A stretch of 64,000 bases of DNA, taken from positions 1 through 64,000 of IMG/VR virus record IMGVR_UViG_3300020477_001008, one strand, 5' to 3'. This document shows positions 34,540-45,410 of this stretch, in pieces; position 1 is the stretch's first letter, and every line of letters begins with the position of its first letter. The position numbers and the translations under genes are program-made. The notes under the pieces are model-generated. The model did not search any database, was not told the origin of the DNA, and was given only the letters and a program-made list of their open reading frames with translations.

Positions 34540-35852
34540 TCTGTAAATCCTTCTAAATATTTTTCCTTGTTAAGTTTTAAAAACAGCTCTCTGTTATATA
34601 AAAGCTTGTCGTATATTTCAAAATACATACGATGTAAATCTTCATTCTTCATACCACACATTAAATTAATTTGTCTCCAGGCACTATCAATTCTTTCTGC
34701 TGAATTTTCTATCCAATCATAGTTACTATCAAACATTGGTTCAAATGTTTTGTAACCACAATCTTGTAGATGTGCTAGTGTACCACGTGAGCCAACTACA
34801 ATAAATGGATGTAGTTGTAATATTGGCTGATATACTTTTTCAGTTATAAACAACGGATCACCTGGTGCTGATTCGCAAACAGTCTCATTAATAATTGAAA
34901 AATAACTATTGGAATAGTGTTCAACTTTCATTCTTCTTTGATTTAATTGTTCACCTATATCATCAGCTGTGTTATCTAAAACAATCGGTATGCTTTCTTT
35001 TAAAAACTTTTGCATATCGTCAACTGCTTCTTTTGGATCACCTTTAGTAAACTGTTCAGCATCTTTTAAAGTAAAACTATCTACACTAGGTGTGAAATAA
35101 CGATTTAAGAAACTTGTATAACCATCTTTTAAATAGTTTCTTTTATACAATTGACTCATAATCCATATTCTATGTGGTCTAGGATTTGCATTACGACAAA
35201 CAAATTTCATTGTTCTAATTTCACTATCATCAACTGTATCTGGATGTACTAGTTCATCTGCAACTTTTATTTCACGCATTCTATCACGTGAAAAATACAT
35301 ACGATCAGTTTCTAAACGATAATTTAGTTCAAATATATTCAAGCCAAATGTTTTAATATTTGATTGCAGTCTACGTTTTTTAAGATATGTTTTAAAGTTT
35401 TCTTCCATACGCAAGTCACCAAACACAAGATTAATCTTGTCATCAGGTATACCCTTATCACCAAGAGTCCATAACAAGTCGTCCATAAATCTTGGCATAT
35501 TTAAATTGAAGCCTTCTGTAGGAAACCATATTAATATTTTAATTTGATCGTTGCATTTTATTTGATTTAATATATCTTCATCAATAAAATGAAACACGTT
35601 CTCGTAAAAGAAACTTAGATCAATCCATTCTGGTTGTATATGAAACCAAAATGTTTCTCCACTTGTTGCTAAAGCATCTGGGTTATTTTTTGTATATTCT
35701 ATGTTACAGTAATCTAATATCTCTTCAAGATATTCATATTTTACATTACCCCAATTGTTATGATGTTCATTGTTTCTTTTCCAGAAAGGAATGCAGTTAG
35801 GCAAAGGCCTACCATCTATCCACGTTTGATATAATAAATTAATTTTCTTCAT
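34524..35852 (-). CDS. Glycosyltransferase-like protein (TEK family)
   Basis: PRPHR, SIINET..FITEKVYQPI...HPF, GYKTF. Confidence 0.6.
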   Translation of the reverse strand: MKKINLLYQTWIDGRPLPNCIPFWKRNNEHHNNWGNVKYEYLEEILDYCNIEYTKNNPDALATSGETFWFHIQPEWIDLSFFYENVFHFIDEDILNQIKCNDQIKILIWFPTEGFNLNMPRFMDDLLWTLGDKGIPDDKINLVFGDLRMEENFKTYLKKRRLQSNIKTFGLNIFELNYRLETDRMYFSRDRMREIKVADELVHPDTVDDSEIRTMKFVCRNANPRPHRIWIMSQLYKRNYLKDGYTSFLNRYFTPSVDSFTLKDAEQFTKGDPKEAVDDMQKFLKESIPIVLDNTADDIGEQLNQRRMKVEHYSNSYFSIINETVCESAPGDPLFITEKVYQPILQLHPFIVVGSRGTLAHLQDCGYKTFEPMFDSNYDWIENSAERIDSAWRQINLMCGMKNEDLHRMYFEIYDKLLYNRELFLKLNKEKYLEGFTEWLKQ

Positions 35853-36597
35853 CTTGTATCCAATGTTCTACAACTTTATCAGCAAATGCTTTATGACATT
35901 CAGTTGACGGGTGACCAATCATAATTTTCTCGCCTTTTATTTCTGCCCAACCTTGTGGTTCTTTATTAATATGATCTTCTAACAAATTTCCAGTAAAGTC
36001 GTTTGCAATACCCCATTCAGCTAGTCCACCATCTTTACCGTGAAACCAAAACTGACTCCAATCAACTTGGTTATACCAAAATTCTAATTCGTCTCTTCCT
36101 TTAATTACACCTGCGTGATATTCATCTGTAAAAGTCTTTTGCCAGCAAAATAGTTTTAATCTTACGTTATGTACTTTACAATAATTTTGTAAAGCAACTA
36201 TTGAGCATAATGTTCTTAAAGCCTGTGTAACATTATGAAAATTATATTTCATATAATATTTTATAGGTTTTGATATTTTAGAATCTGCATCATTAATCCA
36301 GTCTAAATTACCTGCACTCTTTAGCCAAGTATAATTTTCTTTAGCTACAACGTGGTCACTTGTATGTTCTAACTTTCCTTTTGTAGTAACTTCAAATCTG
36401 TCTATTCCTGATATTTGCATTATAGCCATATCGGGTTTGAAATTAGAAATAGCTTTCATTAAATTTCTAATATTCATTTCATTACCACCACCACCTTCAG
36501 CAACATTGAACAATTCATATCTTTGTTCTAACCAATTTGCCCAGCTGTCTGGTGCGTGTGTAAAGGAACAACCTGATGTAACTAATCTTACTTGCAT
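35839..36597 (-). CDS. SGNH-like protein
   Basis: GCSFT, NVAEGGGGN, GHP. Confidence 0.65.
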   Translation of the reverse strand: MQVRLVTSGCSFTHAPDSWANWLEQRYELFNVAEGGGGNEMNIRNLMKAISNFKPDMAIMQISGIDRFEVTTKGKLEHTSDHVVAKENYTWLKSAGNLDWINDADSKISKPIKYYMKYNFHNVTQALRTLCSIVALQNYCKVHNVRLKLFCWQKTFTDEYHAGVIKGRDELEFWYNQVDWSQFWFHGKDGGLAEWGIANDFTGNLLEDHINKEPQGWAEIKGEKIMIGHPSTECHKAFADKVVEHWIQDEEN

Positions 36598-36609
36598 TGG
36601 ATATATTCT

Positions 36610-37557
36610 CTATTCTTTGTTATTATTTAAGCTACTATTAATGATTGATAGTGTGCTTTTAGCATTGTTCTTTAGTACTTGTACATTATAGTCAGTTATA
36701 CTGTTAAATGGGGTATAATCAAGTTTTAAGGCGGATTTTAAAGCGATTGTAAGCTGAAGTAGTCTCTTGCTATGCTCTTTTTCAAAGTCATAATTTTCAT
36801 CTATTAAATTGGAAAAAGTCTTATATCCTTTCCTTTTTAAGTTAGTTAAAAAGAAAGGTGTTGATGCTATAATAAAAGGGTGTTTATTAGCAATAGCCCT
36901 ATATGTTTTTTCAGTTGGATGAAACTCTTGATTTCCATCGTAGTGCGTTTCTGCTATTAAACTAAAATTAGTAACACGATATAATCGTTCATCATATGGG
37001 TAGCCAAGATAATGATTTCCTTCTACTTGAATATCATCTAATGTTTTTGTAATTCCAAATAAAGAGGAGTATCCTTCTCCTAATATTCCAGCACCCATTA
37101 ATAAATCATATAAATTTTTTCTGTTATATTTGTTTGCTTTACCACCTAGAAACAAATATCTAAGACTGCCTAAATGTTTGTTTGCAGTTTTACATTCTTT
37201 GTTAACAAATAATCTATGATATGCATCTAATTCAAATTGGTCTATAATTATATTTTTTCTTCCTGGTGCAAATTTTTCAAAAGAACTTAATGAAAAAATT
37301 ATTATATCCTGTGTTGGATTTAAACTAGCAAATTGTGTTTTTAAATGTTCGTCGTGTTCGTATGGATGCTCTCTTATATAAGAATATAAAATAGGAATTG
37401 TACTTCCTAATGTATCTTCAAATACTGGTTCATTGTGCGAACTAGCAATAGCAACAAAGTCTGCTTTGTTAATATTATCAACATATTCTACATCTATAAA
37501 TCTTGTTACAGATTCTAAATCATAAAAATATTTTGGATGTTTATATACCTTAACCAT
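36610..37557 (-). CDS. Glycosyltransferase-like protein (TEK family)
   Basis: SLIAET..TEKTYRAI..HPF, GYKTF..IDE.YD. Confidence 0.6.
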   Translation of the reverse strand: MVKVYKHPKYFYDLESVTRFIDVEYVDNINKADFVAIASSHNEPVFEDTLGSTIPILYSYIREHPYEHDEHLKTQFASLNPTQDIIIFSLSSFEKFAPGRKNIIIDQFELDAYHRLFVNKECKTANKHLGSLRYLFLGGKANKYNRKNLYDLLMGAGILGEGYSSLFGITKTLDDIQVEGNHYLGYPYDERLYRVTNFSLIAETHYDGNQEFHPTEKTYRAIANKHPFIIASTPFFLTNLKRKGYKTFSNLIDENYDFEKEHSKRLLQLTIALKSALKLDYTPFNSITDYNVQVLKNNAKSTLSIINSSLNNNKE

Positions 37558-37741
37558 CTTTGCCAGACTCTTTAAAGTCTATGTCAATTCTCTTTTCAAC
37601 ATCTTTTTCATTAAAAATGCTAGTTGCAATAACTGTTGTAATTGCTAACATTGGCATAGTATATACCATAGCTTCTGTCCATATCGCAATACTATATGTT
37701 GGTATTGCTATAATTAATATTTTATAAATTAATTTAACCAT
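37550..37741 (-). CDS. Small two-TM membrane protein
   Basis: Hydrophobic; overlaps neighbours. Confidence 0.55.
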   Translation of the reverse strand: MVKLIYKILIIAIPTYSIAIWTEAMVYTMPMLAITTVIATSIFNEKDVEKRIDIDFKESGKDG

Positions 37742-38651
37742 ATAATATTTTATTTTTAATCTCTCCACAATCAATTGATTCAGCTAATCTTCTATTATTC
37801 ATAAGCTTTGATGGAGATAATTTTTGTTGTATTTCTTCTATACTTAATTGTGTAAATTTTAACAGTTCATCTAAAGGATCATTATTATAATCAAGTAATT
37901 CGTCATACAATTGAAATCCCATTTTCTTTAATTCTTCGTAATATCTATCTGGATCACCTACACCATAATATAAAAATATTTGGAAGTTTAATATTGGCTT
38001 CCAAGTTTTTTCAGTAAAGAAAACGTGCTTGTCTTCGTGTGTTTCATTAATAACATTTAAGAAACTATCTTTCATAATATCTAATGGAACACTCTTGTCA
38101 TCTGCTTTTACTTCATCAACTGTTTTATCTAGAGTATAAAGATTTACTTTTTCTTCTGTTTTGAACCCGTGGTCGTATGTACCAATTAGGCTTACATAGT
38201 TATTTTTTATTAAGTTATGTTCTTCACAAAATTTAATAAACTTAATTCTTTTATGTTTAATTGCACCATTAAATGAACAAAAATGTTTTGACCTTGTAAA
38301 TGACATACCATTTAATCTATCTTCCTTCTGTTGAATATCTAAAAAATGATAAGGATAATGTAAAACTTTTCCAGCAAAAGGTACACCTTTACAATTTAAA
38401 TTTGGTGTAACAAATGTAATATCATAAGGATGTATATTTTCTAGTTGTCTAGTCATACAGTCAACAACTGTTTCACCAGACTTCATAACAGGGCCAGGAA
38501 TATCTGCTTCCCAAGGTTCAAAAATAATTAACTTTTTTTCTCCACTACCAATAAATTCATCTAGGTTTGGTAATGGATTATCGCAAAATAAGTCAGGCAT
38601 ATTTTGACTTGGTGTTGCTCTGTAATAAGGATTCTCAATAATAAAAGACAT
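37734..38651 (-). CDS. Glycosyltransferase-like protein (TEK family)
   Basis: NVINET..FFTEKTWKPI, GF. Confidence 0.6.
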   Translation of the reverse strand: MSFIIENPYYRATPSQNMPDLFCDNPLPNLDEFIGSGEKKLIIFEPWEADIPGPVMKSGETVVDCMTRQLENIHPYDITFVTPNLNCKGVPFAGKVLHYPYHFLDIQQKEDRLNGMSFTRSKHFCSFNGAIKHKRIKFIKFCEEHNLIKNNYVSLIGTYDHGFKTEEKVNLYTLDKTVDEVKADDKSVPLDIMKDSFLNVINETHEDKHVFFTEKTWKPILNFQIFLYYGVGDPDRYYEELKKMGFQLYDELLDYNNDPLDELLKFTQLSIEEIQQKLSPSKLMNNRRLAESIDCGEIKNKILYG

Positions 38652-39091
38652 TATTCGTATTCAAAGTTCTGGGTTTCACTATTCACTTGTAATTCTTTTG
38701 CACCATTGCGTAAATGAAATCTTCTTGCCATTTCTGTTAGTGGAGATAATGTTACATATCTTTTTATTTCTGGCATTTCTTCTTTCAACCACTTTTGTGC
38801 TTCAAAAACTATTTCTCTTCCAGAACCTTTTTTATAACTCCATAATGTATAAAACATAGCTATTGAACCTTCTTTTCCATCTTGTATTCGTTGCTTGGAA
38901 AAATCTAGCAACTCTTTATCTGTAATTGGTACTTCATTTGTAAACATCATACAAATTACGGCGTCAACCATTCCTTCGTTTTCTAGGACTAAAACTTTTC
39001 CACCGTCCATCTTTTCATCTATTGATATGCCAGGCCTAACTGGATCATCATCTAATAGTTGTAGCTCATCATCTTGGATTTCTCTTAACAT
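38651..39091 (-). CDS. GNAT-like phage protein
   Basis: FYTLWS..KGSGR, VTLSP, RFHLRNGA. Confidence 0.5.
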   Translation of the reverse strand: MLREIQDDELQLLDDDPVRPGISIDEKMDGGKVLVLENEGMVDAVICMMFTNEVPITDKELLDFSKQRIQDGKEGSIAMFYTLWSYKKGSGREIVFEAQKWLKEEMPEIKRYVTLSPLTEMARRFHLRNGAKELQVNSETQNFEYE

Positions 39092-39106
39092 AATTGTTGT
39101 CCTGTT

Positions 39107-39871
39107 CTAATCGTCTAAATCAAATAACCACGGTTCAATGATTGATAGTGTAAAAAGATATTGGGCTTCTGTTGCCGGATGTCCTCCGGGCATATCATCA
39201 AAACCTTTATCAATACACCATTCTTTCATACCACACTTCTTATTATAGAACCACCAGGTGTCTTTGTCAATCAGCTTTTCAAGATGTTTTGTCATTGGAT
39301 ACTCTGTACGGAATAAATCAGTATCCCAAGCTTTAAAATTCAATAATTCAATCTCATTGGCTTTGCAATATTGTTGGACAAGTAGGATATTTTCCAATGT
39401 ACGCATCATTTGTTCTTCCCTAGTATGATAGTTTTTAATGTATTCTTTAACCAATTTATTAACTATATCACTTTTGGTTTTCCAAACATCGTAGCCCCCA
39501 CCTGGCTTGATAAAGCTACCTTTAGTAGAACAATGCCATTTACCAGTTAATATTTGGTTAGTAAACCCAGCTTCATCTTTCATTGTTTCATATATGTCCA
39601 TATAAAGTGGATGTTCTTGATTTACATATAAACTAAATCTATTAGGATCACTCCACCCAATTATAACGTGAGTAATATCGTCTTGATGTTTTTGTAATCC
39701 TTTAATAACATTTCTTGCTATTAAAACATTATCACTAGCCATTTCTGAAACGTTTATTACTTTAGATTCTTTCCAAGGGTCTTTGGCTTTATTAATATGA
39801 TTAGGCCAAGCAATATTATCTTTCATAATATGTGCTGTAAATGAATCTCCACCTGTTAATACTGTTGTCAT
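39107..39871 (-). CDS. SGNH-like protein
   Basis: GDSFT, WS...R, GHP. Confidence 0.65.
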   Translation of the reverse strand: MTTVLTGGDSFTAHIMKDNIAWPNHINKAKDPWKESKVINVSEMASDNVLIARNVIKGLQKHQDDITHVIIGWSDPNRFSLYVNQEHPLYMDIYETMKDEAGFTNQILTGKWHCSTKGSFIKPGGGYDVWKTKSDIVNKLVKEYIKNYHTREEQMMRTLENILLVQQYCKANEIELLNFKAWDTDLFRTEYPMTKHLEKLIDKDTWWFYNKKCGMKEWCIDKGFDDMPGGHPATEAQYLFTLSIIEPWLFDLDD

Positions 39872-41061
39872 TCTGCCTCTATTATTTGTGTTAATGCGTC
39901 AATAAATGCAAAGTATCTATTGATTAAATTATATTGATTCTGTATTGCTATCTCTAATGTTTTAACAGGTAATCCATCTTTGCATATTTTTTCTACTTGG
40001 TCCAAAGCTTTTACCATTCTTAATTCTGGATCTAGTTCTTCATCGTAGCTTTCGTTTATGTGCGGATTAAATGTTTCATATCCATAATTTTTTAATTGTT
40101 TCAAATAGTTTGGTGTTGCTAAAACAATAAAAGGATGACAATTACCAATTGCTTTAACAAGCTTCTCACTTAAAAAGAATTGTGGATTGCAAGTTCCATT
40201 GCCTTTATGTGGATATGGTTGACAATGTCCGCTATGTGTTTCACTAACTAAACTCATAAATGTATCCATAAACAATTGCTTATTATATGGATAACCTGGA
40301 TGGTGTTTACCAAAGAAAACTTTTTCACTAATATTTTCATCTGCATCGTGTGAATTTGGCCACCACTTCCAAAATTTTTCCCAGTCTTTTTCATTTATAA
40401 TATCACTAACTAATTCATAATATTTGTCTTTGTTCCAGTTCTCGTGATCACCAGATCCTCTTAATAAATTAATAATACCTTTATCAACTAATCTTTTATT
40501 CCATAAATGAACAACGTGTCTTAACCTCATATACTTGTGAGGCTTACCATTCATATCTAAAAATTGTCTTTGCGGATTTTTATAAGCCGCTTCGTGTGGT
40601 GTACATATTTGTATTTCCTTGTTTAAGTATCTATGTACAAAGTCTACTTCAAAGTAAGGAACCTCAACAACATTAACTCTTCTTTTATGTAAGCTTTCTA
40701 AATGCTCAGGATTGTTTCCATAAAAATAAAATATTTGTCCAGGATCTATTCCGTGATCGTTTGCCGCTTGTTCACCTATTCTACTTTGCATTTGAACCCA
40801 TTCATTATCTGCAAAAGGAAATTCTCTCATATAGCAAATAGCCAAACGTGCCTGTTTCAATTTTAAGTAAGGCAACATCTCTTTCATTTTTGGATAGCTC
40901 CAAAAGTTTTCTATATCACTTCCTACCATAGCAACTTCAAACCAAAATTTTGTATCGCCACCTAGTGCAGGTAACTCTTCGAGATACTCAACATCTCTCA
41001 CAAAACGAGATATAGTTTCTAATGGTTCATAATGTCCCACGTAAGCTTTTTTAACTAACAT
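39868..41061 (-). CDS. Glycosyltransferase-like protein (TEK family)
   Basis: SLVSET..FLSEKLVKAI..HPF, GYETF..INESYD. Confidence 0.6.
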   Translation of the reverse strand: MLVKKAYVGHYEPLETISRFVRDVEYLEELPALGGDTKFWFEVAMVGSDIENFWSYPKMKEMLPYLKLKQARLAICYMREFPFADNEWVQMQSRIGEQAANDHGIDPGQIFYFYGNNPEHLESLHKRRVNVVEVPYFEVDFVHRYLNKEIQICTPHEAAYKNPQRQFLDMNGKPHKYMRLRHVVHLWNKRLVDKGIINLLRGSGDHENWNKDKYYELVSDIINEKDWEKFWKWWPNSHDADENISEKVFFGKHHPGYPYNKQLFMDTFMSLVSETHSGHCQPYPHKGNGTCNPQFFLSEKLVKAIGNCHPFIVLATPNYLKQLKNYGYETFNPHINESYDEELDPELRMVKALDQVEKICKDGLPVKTLEIAIQNQYNLINRYFAFIDALTQIIEAE

Positions 41062-41791
41062 TTGGTATTACTACTCTTTCAGCATATTGATCGTGTTGTT
41101 CTTTAGTTGGATGATTTCCTTGATCTAATTCTTCTTGAGTTAGGCTAGTATTTTCCACACACCATTCTCCAAGACTAGGTAACCATATTGTATGTTCATT
41201 TGTAATTTGTGAAGCTATTGGTCCACTAAATCTTCCTAGTTTATAATTTTCTATTTCAGGTTTCCACCAAAACATAATATTTTTTAATCCTTTACTTTTG
41301 CAATAATACTGTACTTTCAATATATTTTCAAGAGATTCTATGATTGCTTGTTCGTCTGAATAAAAGTGTTTTGCATAAGGTTCAACAAAATGTTTATGTA
41401 TAAGATCAGATGATCCTTTATGGTTAATATTGTTTCCACCTGTTTTAATCCAGAATTCAGGTTTTTTAACTGCATCTGAATTTATATCTGTATAGTCTCC
41501 AGCCCAGTCCGGCCATTCTGCTTTTTTAAATTCTGAGTGTAAAGGATGTGAGCTATCTATATAATAACTTTTTCTATGTATTCCAGACCACTGACAGATT
41601 ATTAATGGATTAGTATGCTTATCAGCTTCATTGATTACTGACCTAGCGATATAATCATTACCTGCCGCACAAGAACCTACATTAATAACATCGGTATGTT
41701 CAGCTAGTTTTCCTGCCCAAGTCATTTCATTATTATACGTAAATGAACAACCTGCAACAATAATTTTTTTATAATTAAATATTTTATTCAT
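41051..41791 (-). CDS. SGNH-like protein
   Basis: GCSFT, AAGNDYI, QWS...R, NHP. Confidence 0.65.
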   Translation of the reverse strand: MNKIFNYKKIIVAGCSFTYNNEMTWAGKLAEHTDVINVGSCAAGNDYIARSVINEADKHTNPLIICQWSGIHRKSYYIDSSHPLHSEFKKAEWPDWAGDYTDINSDAVKKPEFWIKTGGNNINHKGSSDLIHKHFVEPYAKHFYSDEQAIIESLENILKVQYYCKSKGLKNIMFWWKPEIENYKLGRFSGPIASQITNEHTIWLPSLGEWCVENTSLTQEELDQGNHPTKEQHDQYAERVVIPNVS

Positions 41792-42140
41792 CCCAATACA
41801 TCTTATTCATTTTTTGATACTCATATTCTTTTTTTAAATTTCTCATTTCTTGTTCTGTTACTCTATGATGAAATGTCATACCATTAATTGTTATACTAAT
41901 TCTTACGTAAGGATTAGGTGCACGGTGTGGCCTAGGTCCTCGCTCTTTATATTGTACGTACCAGTGTGTACCATCTCTATCAATACCAACTCCGGGTTTC
42001 CAATGGTCTAATATATTTTCAAAATCTTCTACAAGCAATTTATATCCATTTGTTAATTCTTCGTTAACAAGGATTGATATGTCAACTGTTTGTGTATTTT
42101 TCAACAAATATATTTTTATTTTTTTACTAAATTTTGTCAT
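41784..42140 (-). CDS. Hypothetical protein
   Basis: Overlaps both neighbours. Confidence 0.65.
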   Translation of the reverse strand: MTKFSKKIKIYLLKNTQTVDISILVNEELTNGYKLLVEDFENILDHWKPGVGIDRDGTHWYVQYKERGPRPHRAPNPYVRISITINGMTFHHRVTEQEMRNLKKEYEYQKMNKMYWDE

Positions 42141-43659
42141 TACTATCTACGTATTCTTGGCTTCCTGGATTAGCACCTTGTGGTTTTACTATCCAGCCTT
42201 CTTTTTTAGCTCTTTCTTCTAATTCTTTTTTATGCATTGATCCTTTTGTAGCATCGCCATCGAACAAACCAACTGGCTTGATAACAGTTTCAGGTATACT
42301 AACAAACCATTTTTGTAACTCTTTATGAGTAAATGTTTCAATAAAATTTTTATTTCTTCTAGTATCATATTGCGTATAAAAAGTTTTAAAGTCTCTATGT
42401 CTTGTTACTTCACTTGATGTATATGCGTGACCTGTTTTAATTACTCTTGTATACTCTATTAATCTTTTAATACCATCAATTTCCATATCGTGAACAAGTG
42501 GATTATCTTTGTTATCAGCTATCCATTTTTCTAATGCATCAGCTCTTTCATTTCTAATATGTGTTGGTAATGTTACAATACTTTGAAAACTTGGAAATCT
42601 TAATATATTAAAACTCATTGTAGGAAAATGTTTTCCATATTGTTCTTTTAAGTTAACCATCTCGTCCATAAACTCAGGTAATGAAAATAAACATAAAGCA
42701 TTAATAGTCATCATCATATGAAACTCACGTACATTACCTTCTTGTAAAAACTTGTGAATATTTCCTATCCACGTATCCCATAATAAACCATCTCTAATAT
42801 ATTCTGCTTGTTTTCCAAATGATTCATTGGATGTATACAAATCAAAATATTTAAAAGAGTGTGTTGCATCAACTAATCTTTGCATTAGCTCCGGTTTAGC
42901 TCCTAGGTTAGTATTAACAGCAAATCTAACATTACAATCTGGATTATTATTCCACCAATCAATTAATCTCCAAAAGTCTTGCGACATAGTTGCTTCACCG
43001 CCTGTTACTCTTAATTCTTCTAATGTATCTTTTAATTCATCTTCCCACCATTTAAAAAAAGCATCTATATAAGGATTGCCTTCATTTCTCTTTCCATATT
43101 TCATTGCCCACGAGCCGTCTTGCTGAAATGCTCTAGCACCATCACTAACTAAATTTTGATATGCTCCATTTTTCTTAATATCGTTTTGCCATTGTGTTGA
43201 AAAACTAGCATTACAATATGAACAAGAAAAATTACAGTTGGCATCAAAGGCAATTTCTAATGTTTTTAAAGGAACATCTTCTGTATAACTATATTTTGTT
43301 TTTGCTTCTTCTAATGCTTTTTCTTTATAGATAACTGATTTATATGTTCTATCTGATACATAATTTTTACCTAAGTCTTCAACTTTCCAACAGTATTCAC
43401 ACTCTTTAGGTCTTTCACCATCGAGCATTTGTTTACGCACCATCTTTTTATATTTGGTATTGTGAATAGCTTTAAAGTTTTTTTGTACTTCTTCTAAAGG
43501 AATTTTATGTGCTGGTGGGTGGTGGCAACTTGCAGTAGATCCTGAGTTCAACCATATAGTAGAGTTGTACCATTTAGCACCACAGAAGCTTGGGGATATT
43601 TTATCAATAACTCTATCCCGCCACTCTTGATAAGATTCGTTTGGCTTTTTATCTATCAT
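42127..43659 (-). CDS. Radical SAM/Twitch protein
   Basis: CNFSCSYC, GGE, FCGAKW..SCHH..CEYCW. Confidence 0.9.
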   Translation of the reverse strand: MIDKKPNESYQEWRDRVIDKISPSFCGAKWYNSTIWLNSGSTASCHHPPAHKIPLEEVQKNFKAIHNTKYKKMVRKQMLDGERPKECEYCWKVEDLGKNYVSDRTYKSVIYKEKALEEAKTKYSYTEDVPLKTLEIAFDANCNFSCSYCNASFSTQWQNDIKKNGAYQNLVSDGARAFQQDGSWAMKYGKRNEGNPYIDAFFKWWEDELKDTLEELRVTGGEATMSQDFWRLIDWWNNNPDCNVRFAVNTNLGAKPELMQRLVDATHSFKYFDLYTSNESFGKQAEYIRDGLLWDTWIGNIHKFLQEGNVREFHMMMTINALCLFSLPEFMDEMVNLKEQYGKHFPTMSFNILRFPSFQSIVTLPTHIRNERADALEKWIADNKDNPLVHDMEIDGIKRLIEYTRVIKTGHAYTSSEVTRHRDFKTFYTQYDTRRNKNFIETFTHKELQKWFVSIPETVIKPVGLFDGDATKGSMHKKELEERAKKEGWIVKPQGANPGSQEYVDSNDKI

Positions 43660-43662
43660 ATT

Positions 43663-43914
43663 TTAAGTCTTCAATATTACGTGATGTTTTTTTGGTTTAA
43701 CTCTAGGTTTGTATTTTTTAGTTAACAAATCTTTAGCTTTCTTTTCCAGCTTACTAAATCTACAATTGAATAATTTTCTTGAACCTTTACTAGTGACTAT
43801 AACTGGTTGATTGTGTTCATCTAATTCAATTGATTTAACTTTAGCCACAACGTTACGAAAGCGTCCCACCTCGATATAATCTCCAACTTTAATTTCTACT
43901 TTATAACTTTTCAT
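43663..43914 (-). CDS. Small basic beta-barrel-like protein
   Basis: IKVGD..VGRFRN..VKSI..DEHNQP. Confidence 0.6.
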   Translation of the reverse strand: MKSYKVEIKVGDYIEVGRFRNVVAKVKSIELDEHNQPVIVTSKGSRKLFNCRFSKLEKKAKDLLTKKYKPRVKPKKHHVILKT

Positions 43915-45409
43915 TATGTATCCATTTATTTAATAATTGTACACCCCAACCTGTAGCACCACCTGATGCTGTCATTGAACCTTTATCATTCCAAGTAACA
44001 CCTGCAATATCTAAATGAGCCCACGGTGTATCATTAACAAATCTTTGCAAAAATTGTGCCGCTGTTGTTGAACTTGCTTCACCACCTTTACCTACATTGT
44101 GCATATCTGCAATAGTTGAATCAACATATTTGTCGTATCTTTCACCTAGTGGATCACAAGGTAAACGCCAAAGTTTTTCATTAACTTCTTTTCCAGCTTT
44201 TAATAGTTGATCACTTAATTCATCATTGTTTGAAAATAATCCACCAAGTTGATCTCCTAACGCAATTGAAATAGCACCTGTGAGTGTTGCTAGATTAACC
44301 ATAGCTGATGGTTTATATTTGTCTTGTGTATACCATAAGCAATCAGCTAATACTACTCTACCTTCAGCATCTGTATTATCAATTTCAATAGTTTGTCCAC
44401 TTAATGATTTGATAACGTCACCTGGTTTATATGCATTACTTGATACCATATTTTCTACTAGTCCAATAACGCCTACAGCATTTACTTTTGATTTACGCAT
44501 AGCTAATGACATCATTGTACCAACAACTACTGCTGATCCACCCATATCATATTTCATATCTTTTAAACCTCTAGATGGTTTAATTGAATAGCCACCTGTA
44601 TCAAAACATACACCTTTACCAACTAACGCAATTGGTTTTGAATCTCCACCGTTCATCCATTCCATTACAACTACTTTGGATTCTCTAGCACTACCTTGTC
44701 CTACTGACAATAATGCTCTCATACCTATATCTTCTAATTCTTTTTCACCAAATACTTTTATGTTTAATCCTGTGTCTACTGCCATTGCTGTAACTCTATC
44801 TGCATATGATTGTGGATATAAAATATTAGATGGTTCTGAAATTAAATCTTTTGTAAAAAATATACTTTGAGCTATTGCTTTTTTATCTTGAAATAATTTA
44901 TTTGCAGACTCTTCATTGTCATCTTGAATAACTAAATCAAAATTTGTATATTTAGGAACTTTATCACCTGTATAATATTTGTTGAAGTTATATGTTTTTA
45001 GCATCATACCAAATGCAATATTAACTCCCATAGTATCAGCATAAATGGCTACCTTGCCTTTTGTTCCTCTGCTTTGTAATAAGCTATATATTTGTCCACC
45101 TAAGTCTTTACATTTATTTTCATCTCTTGATTCTGAAAAAGAATTAGGATTTAAAATTAATTTTTTTAAATCACCTAAACTAATAATCAATGCTTCATTG
45201 CTGTTTAATTTATTTGTAGTAACAAAAAATCCTGATCCAAAGTCTCCTTTGTAATCATTATTAGTAACAGTATTAGTAATTGCACCTTCTGTTAATTCGT
45301 CAACTCTTTTTGCTGACTCTGATAATATAAATTCTTTTTCTTTTTTAGATATGAAATGTATTTCACAACTTGTTTTTTCTTCTATTGTTTTTTTAAATTC
45401 TATATTCAT
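43901..45409 (-). CDS. pepA: Leucyl aminopeptidase (M17)
   Basis: VGKGVCFDTGG, MKYDMGG, NTDAEGR, ATLTGA, WAHLDIAG. Confidence 0.95.
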   Translation of the reverse strand: MNIEFKKTIEEKTSCEIHFISKKEKEFILSESAKRVDELTEGAITNTVTNNDYKGDFGSGFFVTTNKLNSNEALIISLGDLKKLILNPNSFSESRDENKCKDLGGQIYSLLQSRGTKGKVAIYADTMGVNIAFGMMLKTYNFNKYYTGDKVPKYTNFDLVIQDDNEESANKLFQDKKAIAQSIFFTKDLISEPSNILYPQSYADRVTAMAVDTGLNIKVFGEKELEDIGMRALLSVGQGSARESKVVVMEWMNGGDSKPIALVGKGVCFDTGGYSIKPSRGLKDMKYDMGGSAVVVGTMMSLAMRKSKVNAVGVIGLVENMVSSNAYKPGDVIKSLSGQTIEIDNTDAEGRVVLADCLWYTQDKYKPSAMVNLATLTGAISIALGDQLGGLFSNNDELSDQLLKAGKEVNEKLWRLPCDPLGERYDKYVDSTIADMHNVGKGGEASSTTAAQFLQRFVNDTPWAHLDIAGVTWNDKGSMTASGGATGWGVQLLNKWIHNEKL

Positions 45410-45410
45410 A